Shown one piece after another: positions 29,013-38,255 of a stretch of 64,000 nt of DNA. Source of the DNA: Planctomycetota bacterium. Lineage in GTDB: Bacteria > Planctomycetota > B15-G4. The translations under genes were made by a program, and so were the position numbers. Where the stretch lies: NCBI GenBank assembly GCA_965248575.1, contig CBDFJQ010000002.1, positions 4,800,001 to 4,864,000 on the forward strand, read 5' to 3'. The stretch's first letter is position 1. Each line of letters opens with the position of its first letter. The notes beneath the pieces are model-generated. The model was not told where the DNA came from. It ran no database searches and was given only the letters and a program-made list of their open reading frames with translations.

Positions 29013-30629
29013 CTACTTCCCGGGTGGCGACTCCCGAGGGGCGGCCTGGTTGCTTGCTGGTCCGCGTCCCGGGTCCAGGGGAATGGGCGCTCCCTTGGCG
29101 CGCAGCGCGTCGATGGCAGGGCCAGCGCTCTGGTAGCGCTCGGCGCGGAACAGCGACGTCGGGATGACATCCGGATCTCCCGTGCCATCGTCCGGTTCAT
29201 CGACTTCTGGATCGATGCCATAGGGGTTGCGCCAGTCCCAGACGATACTCCCGCCCTGTGTGACCTCGAACACCCAGCCCTGTTTGCCGGCGCAGACCAA
29301 GGTGTTGCCATTGGGCAGCCGTTGCGCACCCGAGATGAAACTCGAGAAGAAGTCCTCGGGCTTCGGCGCTGAGTAGCTCCATGCGGGGGTGCGTGGGCCG
29401 AAGGGGCGACGTGTCTCGATGATGTAGTTGCCCTGGGCATCCCGCGGCGCCCACCATTCCTTGACCTCTGACCAGGGGCGGTCCTGCTCGGTTCCGTTGT
29501 CGAACACGATCAGGTTTCCCGCGCCCAACTGCCCCTCGGGGATCCACTGCACATTGTGCTGGCCCAGGAGTTGCCGGTCCTCCCACGATCCCATTCCGTA
29601 GGCGTAGGGATTGCCCCAGCGGTAGAGCAGGTCACCGCCCTTTCCTGAGCGACCGCCGGTCGAGCCCGCAGCCTCTTCGCTGGTTGTGGAGTGATCGATG
29701 ATCCAGACCTCGTCGAAGCGCCGCACGCTGAGGGCGATCTGGTCGAGCTCGGCGTTGTAGTCGATGCCGTTGGAGTGCATCCAATCGGCATCCTTCACCC
29801 GGGCCTTGTGCGCCTCCTCCTCTGGGTCCTCGTCGTCCGGCGCGTCCGTGTCCTTGTCGGTGCCGTGGTCGCTGCCACCCACGTATCCGAGCGCAGCCAT
29901 CTGCGCCAACTCAGCTGCTTGCTCTTCCTCGCTGGGCGGGTCTGGGTTGCGGTCACCGTTGATGTCGATGCGCTCCGGGCGTGACGAGGGCAGGGCGTTG
30001 TTCGGCCCCTCGGGTGTCATGTCTTGCACCAGGTGGTCCCAGGCGTGCCATTCCCAGACGACATCGCCACCCACCGGTCGCGTGGGGCGGATCTCGTAGA
30101 CGGCGTCCGGCCAGAACTCCTCGCCCGCCAGGAGTTCAGGGTCTCGCCCCGCCGCCAGTGCCTCGGCGCGCGTGTGGCGGTCCCATGCAATCAGCAGGAT
30201 GTTGCCGTTCGGAAGCTCTTCGATGTCGTGATGGCTGATGCCTGAGTCGCTGTCCCAGTCGAAGGACCAGAGCACGCTGCTGTCCCAGTCGAGTTCCTCA
30301 AGGCCACCGCTCATGCCCCCGCCGCGGAAGATGGGGTGGTCCTCCACGATCAGGCCTTGGATCAAGCTGCCGCGCTCCGTGAGATAGCGCCCACCGCTGG
30401 GCATCTTGGAGGACGTCCAGCTGTGGACCGAGGTGCCCGTCATGTCCACGAGATGCGTCCGTTTGGACCTCAGGGAACGAATCAGGGTGAAACCGGGGGA
30501 GGCGCTGCTGCTATCCCAGCCCTCACGGGTGGGCGGCTCCAAGGGAGGGCCAACGCCGGGCCCTTCGGAGCAGGCCGTTGGCAGGAGCAGGAAGACCAGC
30601 AGCCCCTGCAGGAGGGTGACGCCCCTCAC
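29013..30629 (-). CDS. Aryl-sulfate sulfotransferase (ASST) family lipoprotein
   Basis: Lipobox PTAC, HHDIEELPNGN, VVWEWHAWDH, DWMHSNGIDYN, GQHN and ISGAQRLPNGNTL. Confidence 0.85.
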   Translation of the reverse strand: MRGVTLLQGLLVFLLLPTACSEGPGVGPPLEPPTREGWDSSSASPGFTLIRSLRSKRTHLVDMTGTSVHSWTSSKMPSGGRYLTERGSLIQGLIVEDHPIFRGGGMSGGLEELDWDSSVLWSFDWDSDSGISHHDIEELPNGNILLIAWDRHTRAEALAAGRDPELLAGEEFWPDAVYEIRPTRPVGGDVVWEWHAWDHLVQDMTPEGPNNALPSSRPERIDINGDRNPDPPSEEEQAAELAQMAALGYVGGSDHGTDKDTDAPDDEDPEEEAHKARVKDADWMHSNGIDYNAELDQIALSVRRFDEVWIIDHSTTSEEAAGSTGGRSGKGGDLLYRWGNPYAYGMGSWEDRQLLGQHNVQWIPEGQLGAGNLIVFDNGTEQDRPWSEVKEWWAPRDAQGNYIIETRRPFGPRTPAWSYSAPKPEDFFSSFISGAQRLPNGNTLVCAGKQGWVFEVTQGGSIVWDWRNPYGIDPEVDEPDDGTGDPDVIPTSLFRAERYQSAGPAIDALRAKGAPIPLDPGRGPASNQAAPRESPPGK

Positions 30630-31195
30630 GCTGCTTCAGGCCAGAGCCACGCGAACACGAAGCCCGTCGCCAATCCGTAGAGCAGCCCGTCAAAGAGGAA
30701 CTTGAACGAGGTGCTCCATTTGATGCCCTTCCAGATGGAATCCGTGAAGTTGCCCACGCCGTAACCCAGCACGGCAATGGTTGACGCCATGCGGAACACA
30801 TGGCGCGGGTCGGCGCCCTCGGCGCCCATCGCGAGCCAGGTCGCGTACGCCACGAAGGCGCCGACCAGGAGGCTGAAGACGAACCACTGGTAGAGGCTCT
30901 TGCCCATCGCCGCAGGGCCGTTGGGCAGTACGGACATGAAGCCCACGGGCCCTTGCTCGTACTTCTTGATCATCTCCGGCGTGCCCATGTCCTTCATGCT
31001 CTTGTGCATGGGGAAGTAGTAGTTGCCTTGCGGCACCTTGTACTGCCGCATGGCCTCCAGCACGTCTGCCTCCTCGGGCAGCGCCGCATAGTCGTGCTTG
31101 TGAATCGGGATCACCATGTGGATGACGCAGCTCACGAGGAACACCGCCACGCCAGAGACCAGGATCGGAAGCCAGAGATTGACGAGGAAGTCCAT
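30626..31195 (-). CDS. Conserved-looking membrane protein, about 4 TM
   Basis: LWLPIL...IHMV.P.HKHD, Y.FP, GPVG, SIW.G..W and DGL.YG. GTGA overlap with the ASST start. Confidence 0.7.
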   Translation of the reverse strand: MDFLVNLWLPILVSGVAVFLVSCVIHMVIPIHKHDYAALPEEADVLEAMRQYKVPQGNYYFPMHKSMKDMGTPEMIKKYEQGPVGFMSVLPNGPAAMGKSLYQWFVFSLLVGAFVAYATWLAMGAEGADPRHVFRMASTIAVLGYGVGNFTDSIWKGIKWSTSFKFLFDGLLYGLATGFVFAWLWPEAA

Positions 31196-31325
31196 GCGGA
31201 TCACTCCAGTGGGCGGGGGCGTGGGGGCGGGGCACTGCCTCGGAGTGCCCCTGCACGCATGGTCCTTCCTTTGCCGTCATCGCGCAATCCGGCGCTTCAC
31301 GCCGAGCTTGCGCGGGTCGCGTCGC

Positions 31326-32315
31326 TCAGCGTTGATCCCGTAGGGAATTCTGGATGCCCTGCAGCTCTACGTCGGAAAGGGGACGAGCGCCGTCGAGCAC
31401 GCCGAAGCGACCAGAACCGAAGCCGGGCCACCACAAATAGCGGGCCCAGCCCTCCACCAAGCTGGCATCGACAGGACCGAAGTGGCGGCTGTCGACGGCG
31501 TTGTCGCGATGATCTCCGAGGACGAAGAAGCTGTCCGTCGACAGCCGGAGCCGGGTGGGTGGTGGGCAGCGAGTGGCGGGGCCGGAGAGCACGCGCCAGG
31601 CTCCCTCAGACGAGACTTCCCAGTCGATCTGAGCGCCTGCGACAGTGGGGCCGAACTGGCGCGTGTCGGCGGGGCCGAGTGCATGACGTGCTAGCGGGAC
31701 ACCGTTGATCAGGACGCGACCTTCCTCGACGAGGATGTCCTCGCCCGGGAGCCCCAGCACACGCTTCACCAGCTTCTGGCCGCTGCCGTCCGGGTGCCGG
31801 AACACGATCAGGTCGCCGCGGCTCACGGCGTGCGTCGACACGTCCGATCGGTCCACGAGGAACCGATCGCCCGGGAGCAAGGCAGGCGCCATGCTCGCGG
31901 TGGGGATCATGTAGGCCTCGAACACATGAGCGCGAAGTGCCTCGGTGGCCAGCACGGGATAGCCCACACCGAGCAGGACCCATGACAGGCCCATGCCGAT
32001 GCCCAAGGAGGGAGAGGCAGCCGACAGAACGGCGCCGCGCGCGAGCTGGACGGCGTCGAAGATCGAGAAGACGCTGACGCCGACGAAGGACGTTGTTGCA
32101 GCCAAGATCAGGCCGAGGGACGCGTCGCTTGTAGGCAGGGCCCACGCCGAAAGCAGGACGGCGGGGGCGAACAGCAGGGACGCTCCCAAGAGCACGACGC
32201 CTCGTGCGCGTCGACCGCAGTAGAGCTGACCGAGCCCGGCACAGCAGGAAGAGAGGAAGGCAGCCAGAAGGGGGGAGAGCTTTCGAGGTGTGTTCATTTC
32301 GGGTGGCGAGTCCAT
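31326..32315 (-). CDS. lepB: Signal peptidase I with a multi-TM N-terminal extension
   Basis: IPTASMAPAL..GDR (catalytic Ser), LVKRVLGLPGE (Lys) and FVLGDHRDNAVDSRHFG. GLGQLY in the N-terminal membrane module. Confidence 0.85.
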   Translation of the reverse strand: MDSPPEMNTPRKLSPLLAAFLSSCCAGLGQLYCGRRARGVVLLGASLLFAPAVLLSAWALPTSDASLGLILAATTSFVGVSVFSIFDAVQLARGAVLSAASPSLGIGMGLSWVLLGVGYPVLATEALRAHVFEAYMIPTASMAPALLPGDRFLVDRSDVSTHAVSRGDLIVFRHPDGSGQKLVKRVLGLPGEDILVEEGRVLINGVPLARHALGPADTRQFGPTVAGAQIDWEVSSEGAWRVLSGPATRCPPPTRLRLSTDSFFVLGDHRDNAVDSRHFGPVDASLVEGWARYLWWPGFGSGRFGVLDGARPLSDVELQGIQNSLRDQR

Positions 32316-32352
32316 GTGGGTCGGTGGAGTGACGTGGCGGCGCAATGCCCGC

Positions 32353-32622
32353 TCAGGCGATGAGCAAGCGCACGACGTGCGCCACCCGGTAAGCCCCCGC
32401 GAGCAGCGCGGCGGTGAAGACAGCAGCTCGCCCGAGGGGGTGGGCAAGCAGCCGAGAGGGGGCTTGCGTCTGGACTGGTGGCGACTCGAGCTTCGCCGAA
32501 GCCTCAGCTGCGACAGCGGTCATGAGCGCTTCGGTGAAACCTGTGGGTACAGGGCATCGGGCTCGCTCGTCCTCCCAGGAGGCGTCGACCAGATGTCCGT
32601 CGTTGTGGCTGTCCGTGGTCAT
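32353..32622 (-). CDS. Small putative anti-sigma factor (one TM)
   Basis: ATGA overlap with the ECF stop, a VP.GF...M motif and a C-terminal hydrophobic helix. Confidence 0.6.
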   Translation of the reverse strand: MTTDSHNDGHLVDASWEDERARCPVPTGFTEALMTAVAAEASAKLESPPVQTQAPSRLLAHPLGRAAVFTAALLAGAYRVAHVVRLLIA

Positions 32623-33284
32623 GGAAAGACCTCCGAGGGATTGGGTAGGCGCAGACGCAGGGCTTCCCGAGCGCGGGCTACGCGCGACTTCACCGTCCCC
32701 GGCGCCACGCCCTCGATTCGAGCGATCTGCTCGTAGGGCAAGCGCACGAAGCGTGCGAGGACGAAGGCGGTCCGTTGCTCCAGGGGAAGCGCGGCGAGGG
32801 CTGCATCAAGCCTGCTGAGCAGGTCCTGCCCTGCGGCGTGGTGCTCGGGCAGCCTGTTGTCGGTGGTCTGCGTCAGGTCGCTGCCGGAGACGGGCTGCCG
32901 AGCTTCGCGCCCAAGTCGGTTCAGGCAGTTGTTGCGGGCGATGCGAAACAGCCAGGTCGAGAAGCGTCCCCGGTTCGGGGCATAGTCGCCGAGGCGAACA
33001 TAGGCAGCGAGAAAGGCCTCCTGTGCTGCATCCTCCCGGTCCTCTGAGCGATGCAGGAACGAACCCACAAAGGCCAGCAGTGGGCCCTCCCAACGATTCA
33101 CGAGCAGCCGGAACGCCTGGGTGTCGCCCTCCAGCACGCGCTGGATGGCGACCGTCTCGTCATCTCGTTCCTGTGAACCGATGGGCCAACTCCTCCAGGG
33201 GCTGCTTCCTTCTACAGCCAGCTTCGGAGCGGGTTCCCAAAAAATGGTGCTCGGGCGTGTGGGCTGAGCAAAGTCGCCAGGCAC
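32619..33284 (-). CDS. ECF sigma factor
   Basis: EDAAQEAFL, FSTWLFRIARN and GTVKSRVARAR. The true start is probably downstream of 33284. Confidence 0.9.
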   Translation of the reverse strand: MPGDFAQPTRPSTIFWEPAPKLAVEGSSPWRSWPIGSQERDDETVAIQRVLEGDTQAFRLLVNRWEGPLLAFVGSFLHRSEDREDAAQEAFLAAYVRLGDYAPNRGRFSTWLFRIARNNCLNRLGREARQPVSGSDLTQTTDNRLPEHHAAGQDLLSRLDAALAALPLEQRTAFVLARFVRLPYEQIARIEGVAPGTVKSRVARAREALRLRLPNPSEVFP

Positions 33285-33346
33285 GAAGGCTCTGGCGTAG
33301 AGTATCCGCTGCTTTCAGGTGAGACGTCCCGTGCGGAGAGATCCCC

Positions 33347-34273
33347 ATGCGCATGTGCGCTGCGCTTGCTGTGCTCCTGATCGCGACTTCGTGCAGCGTC
33401 GTGAGCCCGGCACGAATCTCTCAAGAGCCGCGTAGTCGGCACGTGCTGGTCATGGGGCTCGACGGCGTTCGCCCTGACGCGCTGCGAGCTGCCCGCACGC
33501 CACGGCTGGATGCACTGGCACAAGGCGGGACAGTCAGCTGGGACTCCATTGCCGGCGGGGGGGCGGCGAGCGGCGACGTCACGCAGCAGGCCACCTCCAG
33601 TGGGCCGGGGTGGTCGAGCGTTCTCACAGGTGTCTGGGCGAACAAGCACGGGGTGCGCGACAACAGCTTCGAGGGTCACGACCTGGAGACCTTTCCCCAT
33701 GCCTTCGTGCGCATTCGAGACGCGCTACCCGACGCATACCTGGCGTCGATCGTTCATTGGGCGCCCATCAACGAGCAGCTCTTGAGGCCCTACCCCGGCG
33801 CGGCGAGCTTTCTGGCCGAAACGGAAACCGATGCGGCCGTGGTTGCGATCGCAGTGGAACAACTGAGGGCTTTCACCCCGGACGTTTTGTTCCTGCACTT
33901 CGACGACGTGGACCATGCAGGGCATGCACACGGATACAGCTCGTCCGTGCCCGAGTATCTCGCCGCGATCGAGCAGGTCGACCGCCAACTGGGGCAGGTG
34001 CTGGAGGCGCTTGCGCACCGCCCGGAGCGCTCGCAGGAAGATTGGCTGATTCTGCTGACCACCGACCATGGAGGCTCGGGGACGGGGCATGGGGGCCAGT
34101 CTGCGGACGAACGCCGTATCTGGGTGATTGCCCACGGCGCTGCGGTGCTCCCCCGGGAGGTCTCCCCGGGGCCTGGGCACACCGTCATTGCCCGGTCCCT
34201 GTTCGAGCACCTCGGCTTGGATTGTCCGCCGAGTTGGGGCTTGGTGGATTTGGCATCCTTCACTGATGACTGA
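33347..34273 (+). CDS. Alkaline phosphatase superfamily / nucleotide pyrophosphatase-type lipoprotein
   Basis: Lipobox ATSC, GLDGVRPD, TSSGPGWSS.LTG, DHAGH and TTDHGG. Confidence 0.85.
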   Translation: MRMCAALAVLLIATSCSVVSPARISQEPRSRHVLVMGLDGVRPDALRAARTPRLDALAQGGTVSWDSIAGGGAASGDVTQQATSSGPGWSSVLTGVWANKHGVRDNSFEGHDLETFPHAFVRIRDALPDAYLASIVHWAPINEQLLRPYPGAASFLAETETDAAVVAIAVEQLRAFTPDVLFLHFDDVDHAGHAHGYSSSVPEYLAAIEQVDRQLGQVLEALAHRPERSQEDWLILLTTDHGGSGTGHGGQSADERRIWVIAHGAAVLPREVSPGPGHTVIARSLFEHLGLDCPPSWGLVDLASFTDD

Positions 34274-34913
34274 GCCCCCGGAACTTGCTCGGCTTCGTGA
34301 CGGGTTCATGAACGCAGGGCTGCACGAGTCCAGCGCACCTGATCAGCCCTTGCTGCTGTTCGAGACCTGGTTGGAGCAGGCCAACAAGGCTGGCATCTAC
34401 AACGCACATGCGATGGCGGTGGCGACTGCTGACGCGACCGGCCACCCCTCCGTGCGCAACGTGCTGATGCGAGACGTGCGTGATGGGAAGCTGGAGTTCT
34501 TCACGAACTACCTGAGCCGTAAGGGCAGAGAGCTCGGGGACAATCCTGTGGCCGAGGCTCTCTTCAGCTGGCTTCCGCTGGAGCGGCAGGTGCGCTTTTC
34601 GGGAATCGTGCAGCGCTCGTCCGCGGATCGGTCCGACGCGTACTTCGCCCAGCGCCCACGCTCGTCTCGCATCTCGGCAATGGCATCCCCCCAGAGCGAG
34701 GTGATCGCCTCCCGGCAAGCCTTGGAGCGAGAGCATGCTGAGTTGGCCCAGGAACTCGACGGCGCCGAACCTGCCCGTCCACGGAGTTGGGGTGGTTTCC
34801 TGCTCGTTCCCGACCGCATCGAATTCTGGCAGGGCCGGCCCCACAGGCTGCACGATCGGCTGCTCTACGAACGGGAGGGAAGCGGCTGGATGCGATGCCG
34901 CCTGGCTCCTTGA
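34266..34913 (+). CDS. pdxH: Pyridoxamine 5'-phosphate oxidase
   Basis: AMAVAT, FFTNY.SRKG, ERQVR, YF..RPR.S and EFWQGRPHRLHDR. Confidence 0.95.
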   Translation: MTEPPELARLRDGFMNAGLHESSAPDQPLLLFETWLEQANKAGIYNAHAMAVATADATGHPSVRNVLMRDVRDGKLEFFTNYLSRKGRELGDNPVAEALFSWLPLERQVRFSGIVQRSSADRSDAYFAQRPRSSRISAMASPQSEVIASRQALEREHAELAQELDGAEPARPRSWGGFLLVPDRIEFWQGRPHRLHDRLLYEREGSGWMRCRLAP

Positions 34914-34938
34914 CTAGAAATAGAATTCGTGTTCTAGT
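34913..34938. promoter_or_regulatory. Putative TetR autoregulatory operator
   Basis: AT-rich inverted repeat ACTAGAA-N12-TTCTAGT, 6 nt before the TetR ATG. Overlaps a TTGACT -35-like hexamer (34910-34915). Confidence 0.65.
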
Positions 34939-34944
34939 TTTGAA

Positions 34945-35616
34945 ATGCCAACCGCTGAAACCAAGCCGTCCCTGCAGCGCCCGCGCCAGCTGCGCAGCCA
35001 GGCCTCCATGGATCGGGTTCTTGCCGCCACGGAGGAGCTGCTGGCCGACCGCCTGTTCGAGGAGCTCACTCTGACTGAGATCCTGGCCCGGGCCCGGGTT
35101 TCGGTGGGGGCGTTCTATGCCCGCTTTGGCAGTCGCGAGGGTCTCGTCTCTCCACTGCACGACCGCTACGACGAACGGCTGGCCCAGCTGACGGCGCGAG
35201 TCTTTGATCTGGAGCGGTGGCGGGAAGTCCCGCTCGAGGAACGCGTTCGGCGGCTCGTGCGCTACGGGCTTGTCGCCTACCGCCGCAACCGAGGCTTGCT
35301 GCGTGCGCTGGTGCTCGAGTGGCGCCTGCACCCAGAGCGCATCACCGACGAGCAGCGGCTGAAGCGCGAAGAGTTCTATGAGCGTGTGGCCGCGACGCTT
35401 GTGGGTGACGGCAGCGAGATCACCCATCCCGACCCCTTGGCGGCCGCGCGCTTCGTGTTCCTGACCTACGGTGCCATCTGCCGTGAGCTGCTACTCGAGG
35501 GGCGCTCCTCGCTTCCGCTGCCGTCTGCCTTCGGAGGCAACGACCGCGCGCTCGGCGAGGAGCTGACGCGCAACATCATGGGGCACCTTGCAGGAAGCCC
35601 GTATCCCGGCATCTAG
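34945..35616 (+). CDS. TetR/AcrR family regulator
   Basis: PRQ.RSQ, then the HTH motif EI..RARVSVGAFYARF.S. Confidence 0.9.
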   Translation: MPTAETKPSLQRPRQLRSQASMDRVLAATEELLADRLFEELTLTEILARARVSVGAFYARFGSREGLVSPLHDRYDERLAQLTARVFDLERWREVPLEERVRRLVRYGLVAYRRNRGLLRALVLEWRLHPERITDEQRLKREEFYERVAATLVGDGSEITHPDPLAAARFVFLTYGAICRELLLEGRSSLPLPSAFGGNDRALGEELTRNIMGHLAGSPYPGI

Positions 35617-35660
35617 CTGCGGGCAGTTTGATCGATCCGTTTCCCTCCTAGGCACCCGTC

Positions 35661-36878
35661 ATGGCTACCGTTTTCTCTCGTGTAGACGACTGCGTGTTCG
35701 TCGTCCTGCTGAGTCTTGTCCTTTCTTCGGGTGCTATCGCTGCTCAAGAACCCACCCTCTTGGTCGCTGGGTACACGAGCGGGGCGGTGCACGCATTTGC
35801 GCCTGATGGGGTCTCACTGGGGACGCTCGGTTCGGCTCCCGGCGCCCAGTCCATGCGCTATGGCCCCGATGGGAATCTCTACGTGTGCGCCGAGGAGCAA
35901 CCCGCCGTTCTGCGCTTTGATGGGCAGACCGGCGCTGCCCTGGGGCCCTTCGTCTTCGATGACCCCCTGACGCCCATCGACGAGACGGGTGGCTTGCGCA
36001 AACCCGTCGCGGCGGTGTTCGGCCGGGATGGGATGCTCTATGTGGCCTCCTTCCAAGACGACGCCGTGCTGCGCTATGACGGAGTCACTGGCGCCTACAT
36101 CGACGACTTCATCCCGTCCGGGACCGGGGCCATCAACGGGCCCGACGCGGGCATGGACTTTGGGCCGGACGGCCACCTCTACATCCCGAGTTTCAACAAC
36201 AACCGTGTGCTGCGTTATCACGGCAAGACGGGCAACCCGCTTGGCGCCTTCGTGCCTCAGAGCCTGACCATCTCGCGACCGCGTTCCCTTCGTTGGCGTG
36301 GTGATGGCGTGCTGTATGTGGCGAGCTGGGGCAACAACCGCATCCTGCGTTATGACCTCTCCGGAAACTTTCTCGGCATCTTCGCCACACCTGCGCGGCC
36401 GACCGGGATCGCCTTCGGCCCTGGGGGCCACGTTTATGTGACGAGCGATCAGTCCAGTCGGGTGCTCATGTATCACGGTACGACAGGCGCCCCGCTCGGC
36501 GAGTTCGGAGATGTGCCTGGCGCTGGCGTGGTCGCCGCGACCTATCTCGAATGGCTTCCCAACCCCGAGTTGCGCTTCCAGCGCCCATGGCCGGGCACGG
36601 CGGGTGTCTCGAATACCTACGGCATCACGAACGCCACTCCCAACGGACAGCTCTTCCTGGCGCTGGGCGTCGCTCCGGCTTCTCTTCCGTTCAGTTGCCC
36701 GAACACCTGGTTCGGGGTCGACATCAGTCAGGTCTTCCTGGTGACAGCGGATGCAGCTGGCGCCTACTCGAACACTGTGCCGGTGGACGCAGCCGCAGTG
36801 GGGCTCAAGTTGGTGCTCCAAGCGTATGACCCCGCGGGCGCATGCCTCAGCAACCTTGTGCTCACCACATTCAACTGA
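35661..36878 (+). CDS. Secreted NHL/Vgb-like beta-propeller protein with a C-terminal beta domain
   Basis: Signal peptide and repeated FGPDG.LYV....VLRYDG.TG units. Confidence 0.8.
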   Translation: MATVFSRVDDCVFVVLLSLVLSSGAIAAQEPTLLVAGYTSGAVHAFAPDGVSLGTLGSAPGAQSMRYGPDGNLYVCAEEQPAVLRFDGQTGAALGPFVFDDPLTPIDETGGLRKPVAAVFGRDGMLYVASFQDDAVLRYDGVTGAYIDDFIPSGTGAINGPDAGMDFGPDGHLYIPSFNNNRVLRYHGKTGNPLGAFVPQSLTISRPRSLRWRGDGVLYVASWGNNRILRYDLSGNFLGIFATPARPTGIAFGPGGHVYVTSDQSSRVLMYHGTTGAPLGEFGDVPGAGVVAATYLEWLPNPELRFQRPWPGTAGVSNTYGITNATPNGQLFLALGVAPASLPFSCPNTWFGVDISQVFLVTADAAGAYSNTVPVDAAAVGLKLVLQAYDPAGACLSNLVLTTFN

Positions 36879-37004
36879 GGGCGTCGAGAACCGGTCCGCT
36901 GCGGCTCAGGGTGTGTTGGCCATCCAGGCCCCGAAGGGCGATGTCGACACCATCTTTCGGTTCGCCCCAAAGGGGGCGGGCACAAGCGAGTCGGCCCTCG
37001 CTGC

Positions 37005-38030
37005 TCAGGTGTTCGCCGGATCGAGCTCGAGTTCGAGGCTCATGAAGGCGCTGTCGATGCGTCGCAGCTGCTCGGTCTCCAGTCGTAGCGATCCTGCCGC
37101 GGCGTTCTCGGCGACTTGCTGCGGGTTGCGCGCACCCACCAAGGCGGCGGTGATCCCTGCTTGCTGCACGGTCCAAGCGATGACCGTTTGCGCCAAGCTG
37201 GCATCCAGGGTCCCTGCAATGGGGGCTACTGACTCGGCCAGCACCGCGTTGACCCGACGGCGGTTCTCGTCGCGGAAGGTCGCACGATGGTTACGGCCTT
37301 CGCCAGTCGCGAAGCTTCGCTCCGCCGGCACCTTTCCCGTGAGCAGCCCTTGTTCCAATGGTGAGTAGACCACGACGCCCACGTCGTGGTCGCGGCACCA
37401 CGGCAAGACGTCCGCTTCGGCCTCCCGCGCCACCAGGCTGTACTTGGGTTGATCACTGGCGAGGGGGATGTTTCCCAGCGCTTGCTGTGCCTCGGCCATC
37501 TGCTCGGGCGAGTAGTTGCTGACGCCAATGGCACCGAGCTTTCCCTCGGCCATCAACTCGGTCAGGGCACCCATCGTGTCAGCGATCGGCGTGCTCCCAT
37601 CCGGCCAGTGCACCTGGACGAGGTCCAGATGGTCGACCTTCATTCGGGTCAGGCTGCGCTCCACTTCCTCGCGCACGGAGGCCGGCCGGCTGTTCTTGAA
37701 GAGTCGGAAGGGCGTCCCATCCTCGCTGACCGATTCGAGCAGCAGTTCGCCCCCGTCCTCGGTATCCCAACGCAGGCCGACCTTGGTCATGAGTGTCACC
37801 TTGTTCCGTCGGCCTGCGACGGCCCGTCCCACCACCTCCTCGGAGTGGCCGAGCCCGTACACCGGTGCCGTGTCGATGGCATCCATGCCGAGCTCGATCC
37901 CTTGGCGGATGGCGGTGATGGCGAGCTCGTCATCGCTCGCGCCCCAGTAGCCGGTGCCGCCCAGGGCCCATGCTCCAAAGACGACCACGGGCAGCTCGAG
38001 GTCGGTGCGGCCAAGACGTCGACGTTGCAT
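37005..38030 (-). CDS. Aldo/keto reductase
   Basis: RRLGRT, IDTAPVYG.GHSE, TKVG, QVHWPD, IGVSNY and YSPL..GLLTGK. Confidence 0.93.
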   Translation of the reverse strand: MQRRRLGRTDLELPVVVFGAWALGGTGYWGASDDELAITAIRQGIELGMDAIDTAPVYGLGHSEEVVGRAVAGRRNKVTLMTKVGLRWDTEDGGELLLESVSEDGTPFRLFKNSRPASVREEVERSLTRMKVDHLDLVQVHWPDGSTPIADTMGALTELMAEGKLGAIGVSNYSPEQMAEAQQALGNIPLASDQPKYSLVAREAEADVLPWCRDHDVGVVVYSPLEQGLLTGKVPAERSFATGEGRNHRATFRDENRRRVNAVLAESVAPIAGTLDASLAQTVIAWTVQQAGITAALVGARNPQQVAENAAAGSLRLETEQLRRIDSAFMSLELELDPANT

Positions 38031-38255
38031 GCAGGACTCCGTGCGCGGGGGCTGGCGACGGCTTGGATTGTGGGGATGTCGCATCGGCTGTCCAGGCACG
38101 ATTCGCAGGCGCTGAACAAACGCCTGTCGGTCAGCACAATCTAGAACTCGCGGCCCCGCTCTTTCTAGGAAGCGGTGTATCCTCCCCCGTCCATCGCATC
38201 ACCTGCACTCGCTGTCGGTCAGCTTCCGATCGATGGTCACCCCCGGATCCACACC

